From a bacterium (GTDB lineage: Bacteria; Ratteibacteria; UBA8468; B48-G9; DTJG01): a stretch of DNA of 64,000 nt. The stretch is taken from the NCBI GenBank assembly GCA_029552985.1, contig JAKPDB010000107.1, positions 15,170-79,169 of the forward strand, read 5' to 3'. Made by a program: the position numbers and the translations under genes. Positions within the stretch are counted from its first letter, which is position 1; each line of letters begins with the position of its first letter. The notes under the pieces are model-generated. The model was not told the DNA's origin. It did no database searches and saw only the letters and a program-made list of their open reading frames with translations. Below, piece after piece: positions 1 through 10,000 of this stretch.

Positions 1-366
1 ATACATGCGGAAATAAAAAACAGGTTGCTGAAAAATTTTTCAAAAAATAGATTCGTGCATTTGAAATTTCATCCGTGGGAAATGAGCGCGATGGAATGTC
101 TCCTTTCAAGAGGAAACAGAAAACTCGGAGATGTTATTGTTGCTGTATGGGAGGCAGGCGGTAAAATGGAGAACTGGTCTGAAACATTCAATTTTAATAG
201 GTGGAAAAGTGCAATGGAAAGCAATGGCCTGGGTTTTGAGGATTATCTTGGAAACTCACCTGTGATATGCAACAGGTGGAAACATATCAGGGCATCCTTT
301 CCATTTGATAAATTGTCGAATATAAGAGATCGTTTTTATCAGAAATTGAATCATCACACTTCCTGA
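1..366 (+). CDS. C-terminal fragment of a radical SAM-associated protein (TIGR03960-like); the ORF is open to the window edge
   Basis: Reading frame is open from nt 1. The motif FHPWEMSAMECLLSRGNRKLGDVI...W..F.F.RW resembles the C-terminal region of B12-binding radical SAM proteins that normally sit next to DUF2344. Called from memory only. Confidence 0.35.
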   Translation: MHAEIKNRLLKNFSKNRFVHLKFHPWEMSAMECLLSRGNRKLGDVIVAVWEAGGKMENWSETFNFNRWKSAMESNGLGFEDYLGNSPVICNRWKHIRASFPFDKLSNIRDRFYQKLNHHTS

Positions 367-1784
367 ATGTCTGGGATTAATTGTTTCCACACATTGTACT
401 TCCATCCATTTCTCAGTGTTCTCATCGGATAGCAACCTGTTGCATCCCAGAGTCGTATTCTGGCGTGCGCAAACAAATCTCCCATATTTGAGTATTCCGG
501 ATATGTGGGACTTTTTTCTGTTAGATCATCACAAACTGCCAGGATTGTGTCTGGTTGTTTTCTATTTTTGCAGGGATAAACAATAGCAGAACCACCGCCA
601 GCATTCACTCTTACCCAGAAGGCATCAAGGTTTTCGCCAAGATTTCTGTATGAATTAACAATCTCTTTGATATTTCCTTTGAGTTTTCCACCAGCTGAAG
701 GATGTAAGCATAACCGTGCTCCGCCCATCACACCGATAGCCCATACATCCTGATAATGTCCATCATGACACACTCCGACAGCAACTTCTGTTCCACAGAC
801 CCTCTGTAAATTATAGTTCCTGCCATGCCACAGGCCTTCTTCACATGAATGTACCTTTGCCATCACCGGTCCCAGTGTTCCATCTGGTCTCACAAACCTG
901 TGGCAATTAATTCTTACTGAATCAAGGGTTGCTCCCTCAACATATCTTCCCGGTATCCACTCAGGATATCCGATGAGAACGTACGGAGCATTCTTGATTT
1001 TTGAAACTGCCTTTTGAAATCTGAGCAGTTGTTCCTGTATATGCTGTCTGTTATACAGTTCTGGTGCAATTCGCAGGCCTGTTAAACTTGTTTCTGGTGT
1101 CACAAGAATCTGTACTGCGTTTTCTGAAGCACGTTTTACGCCTTCAATCAGCGCATCAACATTTTCTTCTGTTGTTGGTTTTTTTGATTGTTGCCATATT
1201 CCAATATTTAGATATTCGGGTCTTGGCCGCAGGGGTCCTGAAATTTTGAAATGTGATATTGCAATTTTCCCTTTTCCTTTTAATCCAAGCATAAACAAAG
1301 ATTCTGGCAAAAAGTCAATGTTTCTTATTGTTCCGATGTTATGATTGTTAATTAGAATTTGTACTTGAGAACCTTCGTAAGGAAGGCCTTCAAGAATGTC
1401 TTGATTTCTGATAATGCTGATACTTGAAACATGAGAGACCTTATTATTAATAGAGTATCTTGGCTGTTGTTTATGAAATTCATGGGTGAAAAGTTTTAAT
1501 TCGCAATTTTTGAAATCAAAAGTGATATTTATGTATTCAAATCCTGCAAGAAAACCGCAGGTAAAAGTACCGACTTGCGGATGTCCTTCAGCAAACTGAA
1601 TATCAATTCTGTCTCCATATATTGAACATGGTCTCAAGTAGACAGGGGCCACGCCATCTGCAAAATTTTCAATGCACAATATTCCGTTTTCCCTCTTAAT
1701 GGAAAAATCCTTCTCAGAAATTGCTTCCCATGTATCGTCGAACTCGTGTTTGAAATCCCATTCTTTAATGTATGGATATCTCAT
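354..1784 (-). CDS. carbon-nitrogen hydrolase (nitrilase superfamily) protein with an N-terminal beta-sandwich domain
   Basis: The C-terminal half has E-K-C triad-like motifs (VTPETSLTGL ... GPVMAKVH ... VGVCHDGHY). The N-terminal ~200 aa are unassigned. Confidence 0.5.
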   Translation of the reverse strand: MRYPYIKEWDFKHEFDDTWEAISEKDFSIKRENGILCIENFADGVAPVYLRPCSIYGDRIDIQFAEGHPQVGTFTCGFLAGFEYINITFDFKNCELKLFTHEFHKQQPRYSINNKVSHVSSISIIRNQDILEGLPYEGSQVQILINNHNIGTIRNIDFLPESLFMLGLKGKGKIAISHFKISGPLRPRPEYLNIGIWQQSKKPTTEENVDALIEGVKRASENAVQILVTPETSLTGLRIAPELYNRQHIQEQLLRFQKAVSKIKNAPYVLIGYPEWIPGRYVEGATLDSVRINCHRFVRPDGTLGPVMAKVHSCEEGLWHGRNYNLQRVCGTEVAVGVCHDGHYQDVWAIGVMGGARLCLHPSAGGKLKGNIKEIVNSYRNLGENLDAFWVRVNAGGGSAIVYPCKNRKQPDTILAVCDDLTEKSPTYPEYSNMGDLFAHARIRLWDATGCYPMRTLRNGWKYNVWKQLIPDIQEV

Positions 1785-1849
1785 AAAGCTATTATAAAAT
1801 TTTTCTGTTTTGTTTCAAAATTTCCTGCTTTTTGTGATATAATAACAAC

Positions 1850-2860
1850 ATGGAACAGGTTACATGCATTCTTCCAGTTGCCGGGATAGGAAAACGACTT
1901 CAGCCGCATACTTTTACAATTCCAAAAGTACTGTTGCCCGTTGCTGGCAAGCCAATTCTTGGTTATCTGATTGACTATGTGAAAACACTGGGTATAAAGA
2001 GGTTTGTTTTTATCACCGGGCATCTGGGAAACAAAATTGTAAATTACGTAAGAGAATATTATTCGGATGTTGAGGCAATTTTTGTTAAGCAGGAGGAATT
2101 TATCGGGCTCGGTTATGCAATTTCTCTTGCAGCTGAACATGTGAAGGGACCTGTTTTTATTAACTTAGGTGATACTTTGATTGAGGCAGATGTCAAAGAT
2201 TTGATTGAGGATGGTATCAGCTGGATTGCCTTGAAAGAAGTAAAGGACCCGCGAAGATTCGGAGTTGCGGTGACAGATGGTGAAGGTATTATTACAAAGG
2301 TAGTTGAAAAGCCGTCAGAAATGATTTCTCATCACGCGTTGTGTGGAGTGTATTTTTTGAATAATAGTCACCTTCTCTTTGATTGTCTTAAGGCATTGAT
2401 TAGTTCAGGGAGAAAAACAGGAAATGAATTTCAGCTGACGGATGCGATACAGATGATGATAGAAAAAGGCGAAAAAATTCTTGGAATACCTGCAAAAATC
2501 TGGCTTGATTGCGGTAAACTTGAAACCCTTCTTGAAACAAATAGATACTTGCTCGAAAAACATAAGCCAGTTATTCCGTCACTGCCAAGTGTAGTAATTA
2601 ATGAGCCCGTTTTTATAGATCCCTCTGCCCAATTGAGAAATTGTGTAATTGGACCATTTGTTTCAATCGGCAAAAATGTTAACATGGTCAATGTTATTGT
2701 TCAGAACAGCATCATCAATGACAATGCCAGCATCAAGAATGTTGTCCTGACAGATTCAATAATAGGTTATTCAGCATACCTTACAGGTAATCTTCAAAAA
2801 ATAAATCTCGGAGATGCTTCTCAGGTCAGTTTAATGGGTGAGGAAGAAGCACTTTTTTGA
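1850..2860 (+). CDS. sugar-phosphate nucleotidyltransferase with a C-terminal left-handed beta-helix (hexapeptide) domain
   Basis: N-terminus LPVAGIGKRLQP matches the G-x-G-T/K-R-L NTP-transferase motif. The C-terminus has I/V-rich hexapeptide repeats. Confidence 0.7.
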   Translation: MEQVTCILPVAGIGKRLQPHTFTIPKVLLPVAGKPILGYLIDYVKTLGIKRFVFITGHLGNKIVNYVREYYSDVEAIFVKQEEFIGLGYAISLAAEHVKGPVFINLGDTLIEADVKDLIEDGISWIALKEVKDPRRFGVAVTDGEGIITKVVEKPSEMISHHALCGVYFLNNSHLLFDCLKALISSGRKTGNEFQLTDAIQMMIEKGEKILGIPAKIWLDCGKLETLLETNRYLLEKHKPVIPSLPSVVINEPVFIDPSAQLRNCVIGPFVSIGKNVNMVNVIVQNSIINDNASIKNVVLTDSIIGYSAYLTGNLQKINLGDASQVSLMGEEEALF

Positions 2861-2863
2861 AAT

Positions 2864-4069
2864 CTATTTAATAAATTCTTTATGAACTGCCTTCAATGCT
2901 TTCTGTCCATCCTGTTTTCTTACAATGCAAGATATTTTTATTTCAGATGTGCTGATCATCTCAATGTTAATGTTAGATTCTGCAAGGGCTTTAAACATTC
3001 TTGCCGCAACACCAGGGTGGTTCATCATGCCAAGACCTATTACAGTAATCTTTGCAATATCATTATCAGATGTAACTGACTTGCAACCCAATTCTGCGCC
3101 AATGGTTTTTGAAATTTCAAATGCTTTCTCGAGGTCAGAAATATTCACTGTAAATGATAGGTCAGTGTATCCGCTGGTACTGACGTTTTGCACGATGACA
3201 TCAACATTGATACTTGCTTCTCCAAGAGCGCCAAAAATTCTGGCAGCAATACCGGGTTTGTCTGGCACATTGAAAAAAGTAATTTTTGCCTGTTTTTCGT
3301 CAAGAGTTACTGATGATACCACAGCACCTTCTTTAAAATCAACTTCAGTGACCATGGTTCCTCCACTGTCAATAAATGTTGATTTAACAACAAATGGTAT
3401 ATGATACTTTTGGGCAAATTCAACAGCGCGTGATTGCATTACTTTTGCTCCTGTTGAAGCCATTTCAAGCATTTCCTGATAGGAAATGACTGGAATAATA
3501 CGAGCGTCAGGAACAATATTTGGGTCAGCAGTGAATACCCCAGGGACATCAGTATATATCTCGCAGATGTCTGCTTTCAATGCGCCTGCAATCGCAATGG
3601 CAGTCAGGTCTGAACCGCCCCTGCCAAGAGTTGTAATATTTTCTTCCATGCTTATTCCTTGAAAACCAGCAATGACCACAATTTTGCCCTTTTTTAATTC
3701 CTCAAGAATTCTTCGAGTATCAATGGCTCGGATTCTTGCTTTTGTATGAGTACTATCTGTACGAATGCCTGCGAGAAAGCCAGGAAGTCCTTCTGCTTCA
3801 TATCCCAGTTTTTCAATTGCCATACACAACAATGCCACTGAAACGATTTCTCCTGTTGAAAGTAGCAAGTCCATTTCTCTTGTGGGAGGAGAGTCATGAA
3901 CCTGTTTTGCAAGGTTAATAAGGTTGTCTGTTGATTTTCCCATGGCTGAGACAACGACAACCACTTTGTTGCCATTTTTGTATGTATTTACAATCTTTTC
4001 AGCAACCCTCTTAATTTTTTCGGTATCTGCAACCGAACTTCCACCGTATTTCTGGACAATCACTGGCAT
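2864..4069 (-). CDS. lysC: aspartate kinase
   Basis: VQKYGGSSV, the amino-acid kinase fold and two C-terminal ACT-like regions. Confidence 0.9.
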   Translation of the reverse strand: MPVIVQKYGGSSVADTEKIKRVAEKIVNTYKNGNKVVVVVSAMGKSTDNLINLAKQVHDSPPTREMDLLLSTGEIVSVALLCMAIEKLGYEAEGLPGFLAGIRTDSTHTKARIRAIDTRRILEELKKGKIVVIAGFQGISMEENITTLGRGGSDLTAIAIAGALKADICEIYTDVPGVFTADPNIVPDARIIPVISYQEMLEMASTGAKVMQSRAVEFAQKYHIPFVVKSTFIDSGGTMVTEVDFKEGAVVSSVTLDEKQAKITFFNVPDKPGIAARIFGALGEASINVDVIVQNVSTSGYTDLSFTVNISDLEKAFEISKTIGAELGCKSVTSDNDIAKITVIGLGMMNHPGVAARMFKALAESNINIEMISTSEIKISCIVRKQDGQKALKAVHKEFIK

Positions 4070-4141
4070 CCTTCATCCTTGTTCAAGAAGGTTTTTTAAA
4101 TAATATTTTACACGACAAAACTGAATTTTGCAATAACTGGC

Positions 4142-5080
4142 CTATTCAAAATGGCCATCTTTAAGAAGATGAAAATGACCATTGAGATAATCAAGAGCAT
4201 TTTGCTGTTTTTTCCCTTGTTCCTGAAGCCGTTCAATTCTCAAAATTCCCTCGCCACAGGCAACAAGGATTTTTTTGTTTAAATCAACAAATCTACCTGG
4301 CGACTCATAAATGCCAGTATCTTTTTCTACAGTAGATGAGATGATTTTTAACATTCTGCAGCCCTTGTTCGAAACCAGAAATGTATAGGTTCCTGGCCAG
4401 TCAGCAAAAGCGCGGATTCTATTATGAATTGAGGTTGCACTGTTTGACCAGTTAATTCGACCATCAGTTTTTTTTAGTTTCGGAGCATAGGAAACTTTTC
4501 CTTCCTGCTGTTTTCCTCTGTATCCATTTTTCAGTTTGACTAAACTATCAGTAAGAACATCAACTGCTATTTTTGATAATTTTTCTCTTAAAGTAAAAAT
4601 GTTATCTCGGTCTTCAATGAATGTTGATTTCTGACTGATAATATTTCCGGCATCCACATCATCGGTGACAAATATTACTGAAACACCGGTTTGTTTTTTG
4701 CCATCCATGAGAGCCCATTCCATCGGCGCAGGTCCTCGATATTCTGGAAGAAGGGATGGATGTACGTTAATGGGAGCAATTCTGGGTATTTTGAGATACT
4801 CTTTGGGAATAATCTTGCCATAGGATATTACAACAAACAGGTCAGGCTTAAGGGACTTTATAAGATTCAAGAACTCAATATTGTCTTTCAGTTTTTCTGG
4901 TTGCAATACCGGGATGTTGTTGTTTTGAGCCCAGATTTTTATTGGGCCAGGGGTAATTTTTAGATGTCTTCCTTTTGGTTTATCAGGACTGGTAACAACT
5001 GCTAGAATCTGGCAGGATTTTTTTAGTTCTTCAAGACAAGGAATTCCAAAGGCAGAACTACCCCAGTAAATAATTTTCAT
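4142..5080 (-). CDS. fmt: methionyl-tRNA formyltransferase
   Basis: MKIIYWGS... formyl-transferase N-domain plus the Fmt C-terminal domain. The start is placed at the internal Met just after the upstream ROK gene stop. Confidence 0.9.
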   Translation of the reverse strand: MKIIYWGSSAFGIPCLEELKKSCQILAVVTSPDKPKGRHLKITPGPIKIWAQNNNIPVLQPEKLKDNIEFLNLIKSLKPDLFVVISYGKIIPKEYLKIPRIAPINVHPSLLPEYRGPAPMEWALMDGKKQTGVSVIFVTDDVDAGNIISQKSTFIEDRDNIFTLREKLSKIAVDVLTDSLVKLKNGYRGKQQEGKVSYAPKLKKTDGRINWSNSATSIHNRIRAFADWPGTYTFLVSNKGCRMLKIISSTVEKDTGIYESPGRFVDLNKKILVACGEGILRIERLQEQGKKQQNALDYLNGHFHLLKDGHFE

Positions 5081-5084
5081 TTTT

Positions 5085-6020
5085 TTATTTTTGAAAGACC
5101 AGCGCAGCGCCTGAAATAATTCCAGCGTCTGTTCCAAGTCCAGCTGGTACCACCTGAACACTTGCAGATAGGACCTTCATACTTCTTTCTTGGATTGTTT
5201 TTCTTACTGTATCAAAAAGAATTTCGCCTGCCTGGGCAATGCCTCCTGCGAGAATAATTCTATCAGGATTTAACATGTTTACCATTCCAGCAAGAAATGC
5301 ACCAAGTGCAGTAGCCATTTCAATCCACACCTGTCTGGCAAGTTTGTCGTCTTTTTGATATGCTTCAGAAATCAGTTTTGGAGTAATCTCAGAAAGATTA
5401 TTCACCATGTGTGTGAGAATTGTTTTTTGCCCACGTTTAATTTTTCTTATGGCGCTACGTACAATGTAATCCCTTCCCACATACGCTTCAATACAGCCCT
5501 GCGAACCACAACCGCATTTGCGTCCTTTATAATCCACTGGCATATGACCAAGTTCTGCCGCAGAATATATTGCTCCGCGCAAAAGTTTTCCATTTATCAC
5601 AACTCCTCCGCCAAGTCCTGTACCAAGTGTAAGACATACGATTGTGCGTGTTCCTTTACCTGCTCCAAAAAGATATTCTCCCCAGGCAATGCTGTTGGCA
5701 TCATTTTCTACTGCGACCTTTTTATGGAACTTTTTTTCAAATACTTCCCTCACATTAAAGTTATGCCAGTCAGGAAGATTGGGAGATTCATATACCACGC
5801 CGTTATTGTCGACAATTCCTGGTGTCCCAATACCAATACCTTCTATATTTTCATTCCATACGTCATTGATAGCAAGAGACATTTGCTCTATCACAACATC
5901 GCGACTGCCACTTTCTGCTTTTGTTGGAAGCATCCCCTTTTTTATTAGGGTGCCTGTTTCGTTAACCAGTCCGTACTTGATATAGGTACCACCCAGGTCA
6001 ATCCCTATAGCAGTTTTCAT
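5085..6020 (-). CDS. glcK: ROK family glucokinase
   Basis: GIDLGGT N-terminus and the ROK zinc motif GHMPVDYKGRKCGCGSQGCIEAY. Confidence 0.8.
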   Translation of the reverse strand: MKTAIGIDLGGTYIKYGLVNETGTLIKKGMLPTKAESGSRDVVIEQMSLAINDVWNENIEGIGIGTPGIVDNNGVVYESPNLPDWHNFNVREVFEKKFHKKVAVENDANSIAWGEYLFGAGKGTRTIVCLTLGTGLGGGVVINGKLLRGAIYSAAELGHMPVDYKGRKCGCGSQGCIEAYVGRDYIVRSAIRKIKRGQKTILTHMVNNLSEITPKLISEAYQKDDKLARQVWIEMATALGAFLAGMVNMLNPDRIILAGGIAQAGEILFDTVRKTIQERSMKVLSASVQVVPAGLGTDAGIISGAALVFQK

Positions 6021-7354
6021 TTTTTCTTACCTTTTAGGAAACCAAATATTGATTTTTTCTCTTTCTTTTCGATTTTTTCTTCTGAAGCAGGTGCTGCAGG
6101 AGGTGTTTGTTGTTTTCTTGAAAACAAAGATCTTTTTTTGGTTTCTTCTGGTTTTACTTCTGACAGAACCTCTTTCGGCTCGACTGCTTTTTCTTCTTTC
6201 TTTCTTCCAAAGCCAAATTTTTTCTTTTTCTGTTCAACAGGCGCTTGCTGCTTTACTTCTTCAATGGCTGGAACTTCAGGAAGCGTTTCAGGATGTTCGT
6301 ATACCCCGTATTTTTTTACCAGTTCCATCACTATACAATAATCCTGGAAGCTTACAGTATTCGGGATGGAATGGTCAGAATGATAGATGTAGCCGCCATT
6401 TTTTTTGGCAACTTCAAATTTTGTTTTTATTTCCTGCTCAATTTTTGTTTTGTCAGGGTCGTTCATTAATCGTGTGTCAATGCCACCCATAAAAGCCAGT
6501 TTATCTCCATATTTTTCTTTCAGTTCGATAAGGTCCATTCCTGCTTTGACCTCAAGCGGCTGAAGACAATCAAGTCCTGCATCAATTAGCATTGGAATAA
6601 GTTCTTTTACGTTTCCACAGGAATGCAAAAGCACCTTCATGTTTTTTGAATGACAGAAGCCATATGCCATTTTGTCTGCTTGATAATGTGTTTTCAGGTA
6701 AGTATCAGGAGAAAACAGCGAGGCATTTCTGTACCCCATATCATTGAAAAAGAAAGCACCATCAAACGAAAAACCGTTTTTTATCATAAATTCCATCATA
6801 ATGAGATTTAATTCTGCAAGAGTCATAATCATTTCTTTTACCCAGCCAGGGTCTTCAATCATTGTAATTAACAGTTGCTCTGTTTTCATATAATTTTGCA
6901 GAATGTCATATCCAAATCCACCGCTATAGCATATAAACTTTCCTTCATCTTTTGCCTTATTGTAATAAGCGAGAGCACTTACCCAGTCAACTCTTCTAAA
7001 ATCAGGATTTAATCTTTTTTTGATTTCTATCCAGTCTTCTTTCGTCTTGATGGGCCAGTCAATAATTTCAGGAGTTGTGGTATAATCTCGGAAATTTTTC
7101 CTTTTTCCTCCCTGAGGCGTGGTCTGAATAATAAATTTTTCATTTTTTTCAATGACCTTCACAGGAAATCTGGGCGTACAATCAGCGCGCAAAAAGGCAA
7201 AATCCCACCCGAAATATTCGCTCACATCCGCGTCTTCAGGAAGTCCCTCGGTTTTCCATCTCTTGATTGTTGCTCCCCATGGAGAATCTTGCATCGGGAT
7301 TCTATCTGGTTCTTTATGGTTCAAAGCTAATAACACTCTTTCTCTGCTGGTCAT
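6017..7354 (-). CDS. uroporphyrinogen decarboxylase (URO-D) family / MtaA-CmuA-like methylcobamide methyltransferase with a ~100-aa Lys/Glu-rich C-terminal tail
   Basis: N-terminus RVLLALNHKEPDRIPM and overall URO-D-like TIM-barrel length. The C-terminus is low-complexity (KKKKFGFGRKKEEK...IFGFLKGKKK). Confidence 0.6.
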   Translation of the reverse strand: MTSRERVLLALNHKEPDRIPMQDSPWGATIKRWKTEGLPEDADVSEYFGWDFAFLRADCTPRFPVKVIEKNEKFIIQTTPQGGKRKNFRDYTTTPEIIDWPIKTKEDWIEIKKRLNPDFRRVDWVSALAYYNKAKDEGKFICYSGGFGYDILQNYMKTEQLLITMIEDPGWVKEMIMTLAELNLIMMEFMIKNGFSFDGAFFFNDMGYRNASLFSPDTYLKTHYQADKMAYGFCHSKNMKVLLHSCGNVKELIPMLIDAGLDCLQPLEVKAGMDLIELKEKYGDKLAFMGGIDTRLMNDPDKTKIEQEIKTKFEVAKKNGGYIYHSDHSIPNTVSFQDYCIVMELVKKYGVYEHPETLPEVPAIEEVKQQAPVEQKKKKFGFGRKKEEKAVEPKEVLSEVKPEETKKRSLFSRKQQTPPAAPASEEKIEKKEKKSIFGFLKGKKK

Positions 7355-7474
7355 ATATCCTCCTGGTTTTTAAAATCAATGTTATTGTACTTTTAATTCA
7401 ATGTTCAGTCAATCCATTTTTGCCATTGAATCAATATTGAATTACAATGATATCGAATACCCAATCAGTCAAAA

Positions 7475-8182
7475 ATGGAAATGAACACTGCGATTCTTGT
7501 CGGGAATACAAACACGAAAATTGCGCATGTAAATGAACGCTCAATTATTCGGGTGTTTAACATTAGAACTCAGGATATACCGCGGACAATAAGAAAACAT
7601 TTTTCTAATTATAATGACAGGATATACCTGGCTTCTGTGGTACCAGAGGCAACAGAGGTCATTAAAAGAAAACTTAACAACATTGAAGAAATTACCAGTA
7701 AAAAATTTCCATTTAGAATAAAAGTGAAGCAACCAGATAAAGTGGGAATTGATAGGCTTCTGAATGCGCTTGGAGCATGGCAATTATATAGAAGAGGGTG
7801 CGTAATTATTGATGCTGGTTCAGCGATCACCATTGACCTTATGAACGACAGTGGTGATTTTGAAGGCGGTGTAATTTTTCCTGGAGAGACATTGATTATT
7901 AACTCGTTGAGAACACTTGCTTTATTAAAAAATGTTAAAATGTCGACGCCTGTTTCTTTGGTAGGTAAAAATACATCAGAAGCAATTGGTTCCGGAATTG
8001 TTTATGGGCTTTCTTTTCTTGTGTCTGGCTATATCAGGGCTTTTAAGGAAAAAAACCCTGTTTTGCATGTTGTTTTTACTGGTGGTTCTGGCAGGTCACT
8101 CTGTCGCAGAGTAAAAGAAGGTTGTTATGTTGAACATCTTGGAATTATCGGAATGAGGTGTGTAATTTATGAAAATGTCTAA
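7475..8182 (+). CDS. coaX: type III pantothenate kinase
   Basis: The ...IDAGSAITID... motif, ~235-aa length and birA adjacency. Confidence 0.85.
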   Translation: MEMNTAILVGNTNTKIAHVNERSIIRVFNIRTQDIPRTIRKHFSNYNDRIYLASVVPEATEVIKRKLNNIEEITSKKFPFRIKVKQPDKVGIDRLLNALGAWQLYRRGCVIIDAGSAITIDLMNDSGDFEGGVIFPGETLIINSLRTLALLKNVKMSTPVSLVGKNTSEAIGSGIVYGLSFLVSGYIRAFKEKNPVLHVVFTGGSGRSLCRRVKEGCYVEHLGIIGMRCVIYENV

Positions 8183-8738
8183 AATGATTGGTTATACTAT
8201 CTTTTTCTTTGATAATGTAGCAAGTACAATGGACGTAGCAAGAACTTTGTGTGAAAAGGAAAACGAATTTGTAGTGGTTGCAAAAAAACAGACCCATGGC
8301 AGAGGCAGACAGGGAAGAGCGTGGATTTCAAATGAGGGAGGATTGTGGATGTCAGTGGCATGGAGAAATGTGGATGAGAAAATGTTGAGATATCTTTTCA
8401 TCATTGTTGCAAAGGCGGTTGTTGATACGCTTGAACAATTTGGCATTGTTTCACGAATAAAACTTCCAAACGACATATACGTAAAGAAATCAAAGATTGG
8501 TGGGATCCTTATTGAAAATCTCAGCCTGTGTGTTATAATAGGCATTGGTATAAACGTTAATAACACACTTGATGAAACCATGGATGATGCCACTAGCTGC
8601 AAAGAAATCCTCGGGAAAAATCTGGAAGTTGAAAGTGTACTGGCCTGTCTATTAAAAAACCTTCAGCAAGTAAGGAAGGAGTTTAAACTGAATGCTGAAG
8701 GTTTTCTGTCAAGTGTCAAAGGATATTTACTAAAATGA
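8169..8738 (+). CDS. birA: biotin--[acetyl-CoA-carboxylase] ligase (catalytic domain only)
   Basis: KQTHGRGRQGRAW BPL motif. No N-terminal HTH. Confidence 0.8.
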   Translation: MKMSKMIGYTIFFFDNVASTMDVARTLCEKENEFVVVAKKQTHGRGRQGRAWISNEGGLWMSVAWRNVDEKMLRYLFIIVAKAVVDTLEQFGIVSRIKLPNDIYVKKSKIGGILIENLSLCVIIGIGINVNNTLDETMDDATSCKEILGKNLEVESVLACLLKNLQQVRKEFKLNAEGFLSSVKGYLLK

Positions 8739-10000
8739 GCTCCATCGTTTTAGTAATTCAGTTAATTTTTCTTTTTATTCTAATTGGTCTTGCGGCGTTT
8801 TTTTCTGCTTCTGAAACGGCATTTGTCTCGCTCGGAACATATCACCTGAAAAAAATACCAGATGAAGACCCGAGGAAGAAAAAACTTGAATTCTGGTTAA
8901 AGTACCCTCATAGAGTTCTTGCAACTACACTGGTAGGAAATACGATTGTTGAATCGCTTGCTTCAATTCTTGCTGCTTCAATTGCATATAGAAGTTCAGG
9001 TAGAATCAGTTTAGGGTTTATGGCATTTCTCGTTATGTTTCTGATACTGGTGATCGGCGAGATTATTCCAAAAAGCCTTGCCAAAAAACATGCTGAAAAA
9101 TTTGTTAGTTATGCGATTGTTCCAATAAAACTTTTTACTTTGATTCTGGAACCTTTCAATCGTTTTTTGCTTGGATTTGCTGAGGTTTTTTTAAGTTTAT
9201 TCAGAATTAGCATAGATTCAATTCTTCCAGTGTTAACAGAACAGGATATCAAGGCGATGGTGTCTGCAGGAGAAGAAGAAGGACTGATAGAGGAAGAAGA
9301 AAGGCAGATGATTCACAGCATTTTTGAACTCGGAGACAAAATGGTTTCAGAAGTGATGATTCCAAGAGTGAATATTGTTGCTGTGGATGTAAATGCAACA
9401 ATCAAAGAAATTCTGTCTCTTGTGGCAAAAGAAGGGTATTCACGATATCCTGTCTATAGAGGAAATTTTGATATGATAGAAGGAATTGTGTATTTGAAGG
9501 ATATTATAGCAAGGGGTTTTGAACGTGAGGACCTTCTTGCAAAAGATATTATGCGAAAGGCATATTTTGTTCCTGAAACAAAAAAGATCAACGACCTGAT
9601 GAAGGAATTGCAAGCGCAGCAGATTCAGATGGCAATTGTGGTGGACGAATACGGAGGAACAGCAGGGCTTGTGACAATGGAAGACCTTGTAGAAGAAATT
9701 GTTGGTGAAATTTCAGATGAATATAAACATGATGCTGGTGATTATCAACAGCTCAGCGATGGCAGTTACCTTGTAAAGGGTTCAATGGAAATTGAGAAAG
9801 CCAATGCTTATCTTGATTTAGATTTACCAAAGGGAGAATTTGAAACTGTTGCCGGATTTATTATGGAATATCTCGGAAAATTGCCAAGAAAGGGTGAGAA
9901 ATTTATTTACAAAGGAAATATTTTCAACATCCATGAAGCACACGAAAAAACGATAAAATGGGTGAGAATAAGAAAATTTGCAGAGGAGAAAAATGAGTGA
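8735..10000 (+). CDS. hemolysin/CNNM family protein (DUF21 TM domain + CBS pair + CorC_HlyC)
   Basis: N-terminal polytopic TM region, CBS pair, and a C-terminal transporter-associated domain. Confidence 0.8.
   Translation: MSSIVLVIQLIFLFILIGLAAFFSASETAFVSLGTYHLKKIPDEDPRKKKLEFWLKYPHRVLATTLVGNTIVESLASILAASIAYRSSGRISLGFMAFLVMFLILVIGEIIPKSLAKKHAEKFVSYAIVPIKLFTLILEPFNRFLLGFAEVFLSLFRISIDSILPVLTEQDIKAMVSAGEEEGLIEEEERQMIHSIFELGDKMVSEVMIPRVNIVAVDVNATIKEILSLVAKEGYSRYPVYRGNFDMIEGIVYLKDIIARGFEREDLLAKDIMRKAYFVPETKKINDLMKELQAQQIQMAIVVDEYGGTAGLVTMEDLVEEIVGEISDEYKHDAGDYQQLSDGSYLVKGSMEIEKANAYLDLDLPKGEFETVAGFIMEYLGKLPRKGEKFIYKGNIFNIHEAHEKTIKWVRIRKFAEEKNE

Noticed and set aside
2925-3404. 159-aa + strand ORF inside lysC
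   Set aside because: Antisense to a well-conserved aspartate kinase. No recognisable domain.
4070-4141. Looked for a lysine riboswitch (L-box) upstream of lysC
   Set aside because: Only 72 nt separate lysC from fmt, too short for an L-box (~180 nt). No conserved motifs seen.
6049-6492. 147-aa + strand ORF opposite the Lys-rich tail of the URO-D-like gene
   Set aside because: Poly-Phe/Leu product generated by the complement of a lysine-codon-rich (AAA/AAG) region.
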